Of a stretch of DNA of 32,000 nucleotides, positions 9,259 to 16,886 are shown in pieces. The stretch is from Cupriavidus necator (lineage in GTDB: Bacteria; Pseudomonadota; Gammaproteobacteria; Burkholderiales; Burkholderiaceae): assembly GCF_016127575.1 (NCBI RefSeq), contig NZ_CP066018.1, forward strand, positions 1,530,001-1,562,000. Direction: 5' to 3'. Both the position numbers and the translations under genes were made by a program. The notes under the pieces were generated by a model that was not told where the DNA came from, searched no databases, and saw nothing but the letters and a program-made list of their open reading frames with translations. Within the stretch, counting starts at the first letter, position 1, and each line of letters starts with the position of its first letter.

Positions 9259-10448
9259 ATGGCCTCGCGCCAGCGCGCCAGGAATGCGCGCTTGCGCATC
9301 GCGTCCTGCGCGGCCAGCAGGCCCGGGCCGACGCTGATCGGCTTGAGCGCGTAGCCCAGCCGCTCCGACAATGCCGCCGCGGTGTGCACGCTGTCGGTAT
9401 CGGTGCGGATGGTGTAGAGCTGCGAGGTGGACTTGGCCAGCAGCGCCTGGCCCTCGCGCGAGAGCAGGTAGTCCAGCCACAGCCGCGCCGCATTGGGCCG
9501 CGGCGCGCGCCGGGCAATAAAGGCTACTCGCGACATCACCAGCGTGTAGTCGCGCGGGGCGATCACGTCGATGGCCGCGCCACGCTCCATCAGCGACAGC
9601 GCGTACGAACCCAGCAGGTTGTAGCCCATCACCAGCTCGCCGCTGGCGATGCGCTCGATCATCTCGGCGGTGGACGCCGACAGCTGCACCCCGGCGCGCC
9701 CCAGCGCCTGCGCCAGATACCAGAACTCACTGCCCATGCGCGCGTCCTGCTGCGCCAGCAGGTAGCCCACGCCCGAGCGCTCCACGTCATACGTCACCAC
9801 CTTGCCATGCCAGCGCGGCGCGTGCTCCTGCAGCAGCCGCGCCAGCCCGCTGCGGCTGCGCGGCGGGCGCATGCCGGCCAGGTGGTGGCGGTTGTAGACG
9901 ATCACCGCGGGCTCGAAGGTGGTGCCCCAGGCCTCGTCGCGCCACACCGCCCAGCCGGGCAGGCCGGCGCGCTCGGGCGAGGCGTAGCGCTGCGCATGGC
10001 CGTCGTTGACCAGCTTGATCTGCAGGTCCATCGCCGTGCTCCACAGCACGTCGGCGAAGGCCGCATCGGGCGCGGGCCGCTTGCCGCCCAGCGCCGCGGT
10101 CTCGGCCAGGAAGCGCTGGTTCAGCTCGATCGTGTTGAGATCCTGGTAGTGCACGCGGATGCCCGGGTAGCGCGCCTCGAACGCGGCGATCAGCGGCTGC
10201 GCCACTTTCAGGTCGGTCGATGCATAGACCGTGACCATGCCTTCGCGCATGGCGCCGGCGATGGTGGCGTCATACCCGGACGGATACCCCGGCGGCGGCG
10301 CCGGGGGCCTAGACTGGGCATGAAGGGGCCACGCGGCCGGCAAGGTGGCGCCGGCCAGCAGCGATGCGCCCAGCAGGCGGCGGCGCTGCCCCGAGGCAGG
10401 CGGCTCGCAAGCGCACGGCAGGGACGGCGGGGGTGGACGCGTGGGCAC
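9249..10448 (-). CDS. ABC-transporter-type periplasmic substrate-binding protein (family 1, Fe(III)/FbpA-AfuA-like), orphan
   Basis: It has a GTG start at 10448 and a Tat-like signal (GQRRRLLGASLLAGATLPAAWPLHA). The mature part is typical of iron(III)-type SBPs (VTVYASTDLKVAQPLIAAFEARYPGIRVHY, DVLWSTAMDLQ). No permease or ATPase gene is adjacent. Confidence 0.75.
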   Translation of the reverse strand: MPTRPPPPSLPCACEPPASGQRRRLLGASLLAGATLPAAWPLHAQSRPPAPPPGYPSGYDATIAGAMREGMVTVYASTDLKVAQPLIAAFEARYPGIRVHYQDLNTIELNQRFLAETAALGGKRPAPDAAFADVLWSTAMDLQIKLVNDGHAQRYASPERAGLPGWAVWRDEAWGTTFEPAVIVYNRHHLAGMRPPRSRSGLARLLQEHAPRWHGKVVTYDVERSGVGYLLAQQDARMGSEFWYLAQALGRAGVQLSASTAEMIERIASGELVMGYNLLGSYALSLMERGAAIDVIAPRDYTLVMSRVAFIARRAPRPNAARLWLDYLLSREGQALLAKSTSQLYTIRTDTDSVHTAAALSERLGYALKPISVGPGLLAAQDAMRKRAFLARWREAMRG

Positions 10449-10639
10449 GGTGGTCGGAAACGGAAGAACTGCCTGTGGAAGGGAGCGGGCGCACGGACAA
10501 CACGCGCCGGGACCAGCGGGGCGGGGTTATTATAGGCGCCCGCGGCGGGCGCGCTCCATCGGTGCAGCCCCCTGTTCTCCGGACGGTTTCCGCCGCCGCA
10601 ACCGAAACATGGACCAAACCGGCAGAGGAGGAGACCGGC

Positions 10640-11314
10640 ATGCGCATCCTGCTGGTGGAGGATGAAATCGAACTGGCACGCTGGGTCGCCCGCGCGCTGG
10701 AGCAGGGCGGCTTTGTGATCGAGCATGTCGCCGACGGGCTGCAGGCCGAGGCCCGCCTGCAGGCCGAGGAATACGACGCGGTGCTGCTCGACCTGCGCCT
10801 GCCCGGCAAGGACGGGCTGGCCGTGCTCAAGTCCATGCGCGCGCGCGACGACCGCACCCCGGTGCTGATCCTGACCGCGCAGGACACGCTGGACGAACGC
10901 GTGCGCGGCCTGAACCTGGGCGCCGACGACTACCTGCCCAAGCCCTTTGCCATTGCCGAGCTGGAAGCGCGGCTGCTGGCGCTGATCCGCCGCAGCCGCG
11001 GGCGCGCGCATCCGCGCCTGCAGTGCGGCACGCTGGTGTTCGACGGCGAGACCCGCAGCTTCACGCTGGACGGCGCCCCGCTGGCGCTGACCCCGCGCGA
11101 ATCGACCCTGCTGGGCGCGCTGCTGGCACGCAGCGGCCAGCCGCTGACCAAGGCGCAGCTGCTCGACAAGGTGTTCTCGCTCGACGCCGATGTCTCGCCC
11201 GACGCGATCGAGGTGCTGGTCTACCGGCTGCGCAAGAAGCTGGCCGGGCACGGCGTCACCATCGTCACCCTGCGCGGCTTCGGCTACCTGCTGGAGCCCG
11301 AGGCCGGACGCTGA
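10640..11314 (+). CDS. tctD: OmpR/PhoB-family response regulator, TctD-like
   Basis: ATG 10640 lies 8 nt after an AGGAGGAG RBS. The receiver domain reads MRILLVEDE...LLDLRLPGKDG...DDYLPKPF. The winged-helix output domain (LTPRE...VFSLDADVSPDAIEVLVYRLRKKL...LRGFGYLL) resembles TctD. Confidence 0.85.
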   Translation: MRILLVEDEIELARWVARALEQGGFVIEHVADGLQAEARLQAEEYDAVLLDLRLPGKDGLAVLKSMRARDDRTPVLILTAQDTLDERVRGLNLGADDYLPKPFAIAELEARLLALIRRSRGRAHPRLQCGTLVFDGETRSFTLDGAPLALTPRESTLLGALLARSGQPLTKAQLLDKVFSLDADVSPDAIEVLVYRLRKKLAGHGVTIVTLRGFGYLLEPEAGR

Positions 11315-11316
11315 AG

Positions 11317-12771
11317 ATGGCGCGGCGCCATCGCGTCCCGTCCTGGCGCCGCGGCAGCCTGCGCCGGCAACTGCTGTTGCTGCTGGTGCCGGCGCTGGCG
11401 GCGATGATGGCGATCGACACCTGGCTCACCTACGGCACCCTGCGCGACGCCGCCAACACGGCTTATGACCGCTCGCTCTATGGCTCGATCCGCGCCATCG
11501 ACAGTGCCATCGGCATGGCTGGCGACAACGTCCAGCTGACCCTGCCCGATGCCGCCATGGAGATGTTCGAGACGGCGGCGCAGACCCATGTGTTCTACCG
11601 CGTGTCGACCGAGCGCGCCGGCCAGGTCGAGACCGTCACCGGCTACGACGACCTGCCGCTTCCTGCCGGCACCCTCGTCAACAACCAGCCGCGCTTCTAC
11701 GACGCCGAATACCTGGGCGAGTCCGTGCGCATCGCCGCGATGGCGCGGCCGGTATACCGCCCGGACGCGCGCATGCGCGTGATCATCCAGGTGGCCGAGA
11801 CCGCCGAGCCGCGCACCACGCTGATCGGCACGGTCTGGCGCAGCGCGCTGGCGCGCGACCTGCTGCTGATCCTGCTAAGCGCCGGCATCCTGGTGGGCGG
11901 CGTCACCTACGTGCTGCGCCCGCTGGCGCGCGTGCGCGACGACGTGGAAGCGCGCTCGCCGGATGACCTGACACCGCTAACGTTCGAGCGCGTGCCCGCC
12001 GAGGTGCGCCCGCTGGTCGACGCGGTCAACCTGCACGTGTCGCGCTCCGCGGCAATGGCGCAGTCGCAGGCCCAGTTCATCGCCGACGCCGCGCACCAGC
12101 TGCGCACGCCGCTGGCCATCCTGAAGACCCAGGCCGAATACGCCCAGCGCCAGCTGCGCGCCCCTGACCCCGAGACCGCGCGCCAGGCCGCCGGCGAAGC
12201 CGTGGGCGGCATCGTCACCCAGCTGGAACAGGCCGCGCGCCTGACCAACCAGCTGCTGGCGCTGGCGCGGGTACGCCAGCACCACGGCGAAGCCGCCCAG
12301 GAAGCCGATGGCATCGACATCATCGACGCCGTCACCGTGGCCGAGCAGGTGGCGCTGGACTACCTGCCGCTGGCGCGCGGCAAGCAGCAGGACTTCGGCT
12401 GGGAGCCGGTGCCGGGGCTGAAGCTGCCGGTGCGCGCCGACCCCGCGCTGCTGCGCGAGGCGCTGGCCAACCTGGTCCACAACGCGATCCAGTACTCGCC
12501 ACGCGGCAGCCGCATCACGCTGTCGGCCACGCGCGCCGACCAGACCGCGTGCCTGGTGGTGGAAGACGATGGGCCGGGCATTCCGGCCGAAGAGCGCGAA
12601 AAGGTCTTCGCGCGCTTCTACCGGCGCGTTGGCAATGCGGAGCCGGGCTCCGGGCTGGGGCTGGCCATCTCGCGCGAGATGGCGGCGCGGTTTGGCGGCA
12701 CGGTGGAGCTTGGCGACGGCTTGCAGGGCACCGGCGTGCGCGCGGTGCTGAAGCTGCCCATCGGCGAATAA
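11317..12771 (+). CDS. tctE: sensor histidine kinase, TctE-like (2CSK_N periplasmic domain)
   Basis: ATG 11317 lies 2 nt after the regulator stop. The N-terminal TM segment and periplasmic region resemble TctE (TAYDRSLYGSIRAI...VFYRVS...VTGYDDLPLP). The H-box is AAHQLRTPLA. The ATPase N/G boxes are LVHNAIQYSP, DDGPGI and GSGLGLAI. Confidence 0.85.
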   Translation: MARRHRVPSWRRGSLRRQLLLLLVPALAAMMAIDTWLTYGTLRDAANTAYDRSLYGSIRAIDSAIGMAGDNVQLTLPDAAMEMFETAAQTHVFYRVSTERAGQVETVTGYDDLPLPAGTLVNNQPRFYDAEYLGESVRIAAMARPVYRPDARMRVIIQVAETAEPRTTLIGTVWRSALARDLLLILLSAGILVGGVTYVLRPLARVRDDVEARSPDDLTPLTFERVPAEVRPLVDAVNLHVSRSAAMAQSQAQFIADAAHQLRTPLAILKTQAEYAQRQLRAPDPETARQAAGEAVGGIVTQLEQAARLTNQLLALARVRQHHGEAAQEADGIDIIDAVTVAEQVALDYLPLARGKQQDFGWEPVPGLKLPVRADPALLREALANLVHNAIQYSPRGSRITLSATRADQTACLVVEDDGPGIPAEEREKVFARFYRRVGNAEPGSGLGLAISREMAARFGGTVELGDGLQGTGVRAVLKLPIGE

Positions 12772-12774
12772 CCC

Positions 12775-14244
12775 CTAACCATATAACTCCTCCGCCACCG
12801 TCGGATGCAACTGCACCGTGGTCTGCAGGTGCGATTCGCGCACGCCCAGCCGCAATGCCACCGCCAGCGTCTGCACGATCTCGGGCGCGGCGTCGTCCAT
12901 CAGGTGCGCACCGAGCACGCGCCCGCTGCGCGCGTTCAGCACCAGCTTGAACATCGACTGGTGGGAGTTGCCGGCAAAGCGGTTTTCCAGCGAGACAAAG
13001 CGCTTGACCACGGTGCGGATGCGCTCGGGCCTGCCGGCGGCTGCGATCGCCTGGGCCTCGGTCAGGCCCACGGCGCCGATGGCGGGCTCGCAGAACACCG
13101 CGGTCGGCACGAAGTCGAAATCGGCGCGTTCGCCGCGCCGGCCGTACAGGCGGTCGGCCAGCCAGCGGCCCTGCGCGGTGGCCACCGGGGTCAGGTGCAG
13201 GCCGTCGATGGCGTCGCCGAGCGCGTAGATGCCGCGCACGTTGCTGCGGAACTGGCGGTCCACGCGGATGCCGCCCTTGTCGCCAAAGTCCACGCCAACC
13301 GCCTCCAGCCCGAAGCCCTGCACGTTGGAAATGCGCCCGATCGCCGCCAGCGCGGCCTGCGCGCGCACAGCCTCGGTCTGGCCGGGGCGGTCGGTGGGGC
13401 GGTAGCACACTTCAACCGCGCCGTTGGCCTGGCTCAGCAGGTGCACCCTGGCGTTCAGGTGCAGGCGCACGCCGCGCGCGGTCAGTGCCTCGGCCAGCGA
13501 CCGGGAGATGTCGTGGTCGAAGTGGGGCAGCAGCCGGTCGCCGGCAACGATCAGGTCTACCTTGACGCCGTAGCGCGACAGGATCGAGGCCTGCTCCACG
13601 CCGATGTAGCCGCCGCCGATGACCGCAATCGAACCCGGCACGGTCTGCCAGGTGAAGACATCGTCTGAACTGGCGGCCAGTTCGCCGCCCGGGACTTCGA
13701 GCGCGCGCGGGCGCGCGCCGGTGGCGATCAGGATGCGGCGCGCGTGAATGGTCTCGTCGCCGACGCGCACTTCGTCCTTGCCGGTAACCAGCGCATCGCC
13801 GCGCAGGATTTCCACGCCGGATTCGTGCAGGCGCTGGGTGTAGCCCGCGTTCAGCCGCGCAACCTCGGCATTGACGCGCACGATTGCGTCGCGCCAGTCC
13901 TCACGCCCACCGGTATGCGACAGGCAGCCCGACAGGATGGCCGACCAGCCGGCGCCGTAGGACAGCATCTTCTTGGGCACGCAGCCGCGGTTGACGCAGG
14001 TGCCGCCGATGGCATCGCGCTCGACCAGGATCACGCGTGCGCCGTGCGCGGCGGCACGCCGCGCGCAGGCCACGCCGCCCGAGCCGCCGCCGATCACCAC
14101 CAGGTCTGCCTTGCGCACCTTGTCATTGCGCCGCGTGCGGCCGTCGCGCACGCGCGGCACCTGCTCCACCGGCGGCGCCGCGCTGACCTCGCGGGCGCGC
14201 CGCGGTTCCCTGGCCCCGGCGGGGGTTGTCTGGCGCTTAGTCAT
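12775..14244 (-). CDS. glutathione-disulfide-reductase-like FAD/NAD(P)H pyridine nucleotide-disulfide oxidoreductase with N-terminal Arg-rich extension
   Basis: ATG 14244 lies 5 nt after an AGGAGG RBS. The FAD motif is VVIGGGSGG and the redox-active disulfide is GGTCVNRGCVPKK. The second Rossmann motif is IAVIGGGYIGVE. The C-terminal HPTVAEE matches the His-Glu dyad region. About 45 basic residues precede the FAD fold. Confidence 0.85.
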   Translation of the reverse strand: MTKRQTTPAGAREPRRAREVSAAPPVEQVPRVRDGRTRRNDKVRKADLVVIGGGSGGVACARRAAAHGARVILVERDAIGGTCVNRGCVPKKMLSYGAGWSAILSGCLSHTGGREDWRDAIVRVNAEVARLNAGYTQRLHESGVEILRGDALVTGKDEVRVGDETIHARRILIATGARPRALEVPGGELAASSDDVFTWQTVPGSIAVIGGGYIGVEQASILSRYGVKVDLIVAGDRLLPHFDHDISRSLAEALTARGVRLHLNARVHLLSQANGAVEVCYRPTDRPGQTEAVRAQAALAAIGRISNVQGFGLEAVGVDFGDKGGIRVDRQFRSNVRGIYALGDAIDGLHLTPVATAQGRWLADRLYGRRGERADFDFVPTAVFCEPAIGAVGLTEAQAIAAAGRPERIRTVVKRFVSLENRFAGNSHQSMFKLVLNARSGRVLGAHLMDDAAPEIVQTLAVALRLGVRESHLQTTVQLHPTVAEELYG

Positions 14245-14311
14245 CCATGCCTCCTGTCGCGGCACACGGGCCGCATCGACAACAATCAGGCCAGCGCCAG
14301 CAAACAAGAAA

Positions 14312-15208
14312 CTAGGCAGCGGGCCGCAGTTCGGTATTCAGGATCGACGGCCACTCGCGCAGGAAAGTTTCCCCGTCGCGGCGGCCCAGTTCGTAGGCGT
14401 GAGTCATGGCATCGGGCCGGGTGTAGTCCCAGCTCGAGATCGGCACGCGCTGCGAGGGCTGCAGGTACAGGCGGCGCTGGCCGCCTTGCTCAAGCACGAA
14501 ACGGCGCGGGCGCGGATACAGCCTTGTCACCAGCACCAGCACATTGCCCGGGGTGGCATCGAGCGCGTCCACGGGCACGTTGTCGACCAGCCCGCCGTCC
14601 AGCACCGGGCGGCCGCCGCGGCGCAGCACCGGCGTAAACGGCGGCGTGGAGGCCGACTGCAGCAGCAGGTCGGCCAGCTGCTCGGGCGAATCGCAGTCCT
14701 GCGCGCGCACGAACTCCGGCCGGAAGCCCAGCTTGCGCCCCAGCCGCGGGTGCAGCGTCTTGAGCACATGCTTGTCGATGTTGTACGCCAGCAGCCCCGC
14801 TGCCACCGCCAGGCGCGGGCCGCTCCAGCGCGGGATATGGGCCACGCCGATGCGGATCTCCGGCGCCTGCTGCAGGTGCGAGAGGCGCCCGTCGGCGAAG
14901 ATCGTCAGCAGCGCGGTGCGGTAGATGCCGTAATGCGGGAACACGCGCTCATTGCGCAGCAGGTTGCCCCAGTAGGCATTGCGGCGGTTGTTGGACAGGA
15001 CCTCGCGGTAGTAGTCCATGGTCTGATGCGAGTCGTGCGCATAGACCATGCACGCCGTCGCCGCGCCGGCCGAGATCGCGGCGATCACGCGCGGGCGCAA
15101 CTGCAGTTCCGGCGCGACCGCGTCCCACCAGCCCGCCTGCCACCAGCAGCGGTTGCCACCGCCGGCAAAGACGACCTGGTCGAAGGGATGGGCGTGGCCG
15201 GAAGTCAT
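14312..15208 (-). CDS. patatin-like phospholipase family protein
   Basis: The oxyanion motif is FAGGGNR. The nucleophile elbow is a variant, AISAG, instead of GxSxG. The catalytic Asp motif is DGGLVDNVP. The ATG is at 15208. Confidence 0.8.
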   Translation of the reverse strand: MTSGHAHPFDQVVFAGGGNRCWWQAGWWDAVAPELQLRPRVIAAISAGAATACMVYAHDSHQTMDYYREVLSNNRRNAYWGNLLRNERVFPHYGIYRTALLTIFADGRLSHLQQAPEIRIGVAHIPRWSGPRLAVAAGLLAYNIDKHVLKTLHPRLGRKLGFRPEFVRAQDCDSPEQLADLLLQSASTPPFTPVLRRGGRPVLDGGLVDNVPVDALDATPGNVLVLVTRLYPRPRRFVLEQGGQRRLYLQPSQRVPISSWDYTRPDAMTHAYELGRRDGETFLREWPSILNTELRPAA

Positions 15209-15230
15209 GGGCGCTGGCGTTGCGAGGGGA

Positions 15231-15653
15231 TCAGAGCAGGGCGTAGGTGGTGGTGGCCTGCACCGCCAGCTTGCCGTCGGTGCCGGTCAGCTCGATCTCG
15301 CCGAACACCACGGTCTTGCCCAGCCGCAGCACGTTGGCGCGCACCAGCACGTCGCCGTCGATCACCGGGCGCATGAAATTGGTGGTGAGCGTGACCGTGG
15401 TCATCGGGCGGAAGGCGCCCAGCGCGCTGGCCACGGCGACGATCATGGCGGTATCGGCGGCGGACATCAGCACCTGGCCGCAGACCACGCCGCCCGCATG
15501 GCGGAACGATTCGCTGAACGGCAGGCGCAGCGTGACGCCCTGGGCATCGACGGCTTCGGCACGCAGGCCGAGCTGGCGCACCCATGGCGCCAGCACGCGC
15601 TCCAGCGTGGCGTCGATATCGTTGAGGCTGAATTGCGGTGCGGCTTCGGACAT
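15231..15653 (-). CDS. PaaI-family hotdog-fold thioesterase
   Basis: The 140-aa product starts at ATG 15653 (MSEAAPQFSLNDIDATLERV...) and contains the motif HAGGVVCGQVLMSAADTA, typical of PaaI/YigI. The 537-aa ORF in the track is an upstream run-on across the next gene in another frame. Confidence 0.8.
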   Translation of the reverse strand: MSEAAPQFSLNDIDATLERVLAPWVRQLGLRAEAVDAQGVTLRLPFSESFRHAGGVVCGQVLMSAADTAMIVAVASALGAFRPMTTVTLTTNFMRPVIDGDVLVRANVLRLGKTVVFGEIELTGTDGKLAVQATTTYALL

Positions 15654-15703
15654 GGCGCTCCTGGTTCTGGCTGGCCGCACCGTAGCCGTCCTGTAACGGA
15701 CCG

Positions 15704-16762
15704 CTACTCTGTCTCCTCCGGCGCGACGCGATGTTTGAGGCAATGATACAGGGGGCCGGTGGCCAGCACCACGAAGGCCATCCGGATCACGTGGAACGCG
15801 GTCACCAGCGGCACCCCCACCTCCAGCACCTTGGCCGTGATGCACATCTCGGCGATGCCGCCCGGCGTGGTGCCCAGGATCACCGTGGCCGGGTGCGCGC
15901 CCGACTGCGCCGACAGCCCCCAGCCCACCAGCGCCGATACCACCAGCGCCAGCACGGTGTAGAGCGCCACGCCCGACAGGAAGCGCGGCGCGGTATGCAG
16001 GAACTCGCGCGAGAAGCGCACCCCCAGCGAGACCCCGATCAGCAGCTGGCCGGCACGGCTCATCCAGGTGGGGATGGCCGACAGCTCGATCCCGGACGCG
16101 GTCAGCACCGCCGCGGCCAGCAGCGTGCCGATCACGAACGGGTTGGGCATGTTCAGCCGCTTCACCAGCAGCGCCACGCCCAGCGTGATCGCGACCAGCG
16201 CCAGCAGCCCCGGGGCGCTGACCACGCGCGGGCCGGGGATATAGGGGTCGAGCCCGTGGATGCCGCCGTACTGGAAGATGGCCGGCACGGTCACCACCAC
16301 CATCAGCACCCGCAGTGAATGCGCGGCCGCCACCTGGTCGATGCGCGCGCCGTTGCGCTCGGCCAGGTTGGCCATCTCCGAGGCACCGCCGATGGCGGTG
16401 GAGAAGAACGCGGTCTTGAAGGCCACGCCGGTGGTCCGCCGCAGCAGGATGGCACCGCCCGCGCCCAGCACCAGCGCGAACAGCGAGCCGGCAATGATGT
16501 AGGGCAGGTATTCCACCAACCGCGCCACCACGTCCGGCGTGAAGTAGAGCCCGAGCGACGCGCCAATCACCCACTGGCCCGCGTTGCGGGCCTGCGACGG
16601 CGCCCGCAGGTCGGCCCCGGCCATGCGCGCGGCGGCCACGGCCAGCAGCGGGCCGATCATCCACGGCAGCGGGGTATGCAGCGCGGTGCAGAGCAGGGCG
16701 GCGGCCAGCCCGAGCGCCAGCGTGGGCAGCGCGGACAGCCAGGGGTTGGAGAAGAGACGCAT
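15704..16762 (-). CDS. AbrB-family membrane protein (AbrB duplication, putative transporter)
   Basis: The 352-aa polytopic hydrophobic protein has an internal duplication. The N-terminus, ...LHTPLPWMIGPLLAVAAARMAG, is characteristic of the PF05145-type AbrB membrane family. Confidence 0.75.
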   Translation of the reverse strand: MRLFSNPWLSALPTLALGLAAALLCTALHTPLPWMIGPLLAVAAARMAGADLRAPSQARNAGQWVIGASLGLYFTPDVVARLVEYLPYIIAGSLFALVLGAGGAILLRRTTGVAFKTAFFSTAIGGASEMANLAERNGARIDQVAAAHSLRVLMVVVTVPAIFQYGGIHGLDPYIPGPRVVSAPGLLALVAITLGVALLVKRLNMPNPFVIGTLLAAAVLTASGIELSAIPTWMSRAGQLLIGVSLGVRFSREFLHTAPRFLSGVALYTVLALVVSALVGWGLSAQSGAHPATVILGTTPGGIAEMCITAKVLEVGVPLVTAFHVIRMAFVVLATGPLYHCLKHRVAPEETE

Positions 16763-16804
16763 GGTTCAGCGGCCTGGCACGGAAGCGCCGGCGCCTTGTT
16801 GTTT

Positions 16805-16859
16805 TGGAAAACGAGAGACGAAAGACAAGAGGCCCGCACACCATTGGCGTGCGGGCCTC
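16805..16859 (-). terminator. rho-independent terminator downstream of tctA
   Basis: An 11-bp stem GAGGCCCGCAC / GTGCGGGCCTC (16829-16839 / 16849-16859) is followed on the minus strand by the T-rich tract TTGTCTTTCGTCTCTCGTTTTCC. Confidence 0.7.
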
Positions 16860-16886
16860 GCAAAGCTTACCGCAAGATCGCGCGCA

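Noticed and set aside
10364-11316. The long N-terminal extensions the ORF track suggests for the response regulator (start 10364) and the kinase (start 11023).
   Set aside because: The extensions are Arg/Gly/Ala-rich and overlap the divergent promoter region or the upstream gene. Canonical starts exist with good context: ATG 10640 after AGGAGGAG, and ATG 11317 two nt after the regulator stop.
14312-15208. The patatin-like gene as an effector of an anti-phage signalling system (CBASS-like).
   Set aside because: No cyclase/CD-NTase, SMODS, E1/E2/JAB, TIR, STING or other defence-associated gene is adjacent. The neighbours are metabolic or redox genes, and there are no signs of a mobile or low-GC island.
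15691-15701. The 11-mer CTGTAACGGAC is shared between the thioesterase-AbrB spacer and the TTACAG repeat upstream of the second RND operon (26172-26182, opposite strand).
   Set aside because: Across 32 kb and both strands, many exact 11-mer coincidences are expected by chance, on the order of hundreds of pairs under a uniform model. The second half-site is missing at 15691.
15231-16844. A 537-aa minus-strand ORF that spans the thioesterase and AbrB regions as a single gene.
   Set aside because: Only the last 140 residues, from ATG 15653, look like a real protein (a PaaI hotdog fold). The upstream part overlaps the well-supported AbrB-family gene in another frame and is Arg/Gly/Ala-rich.
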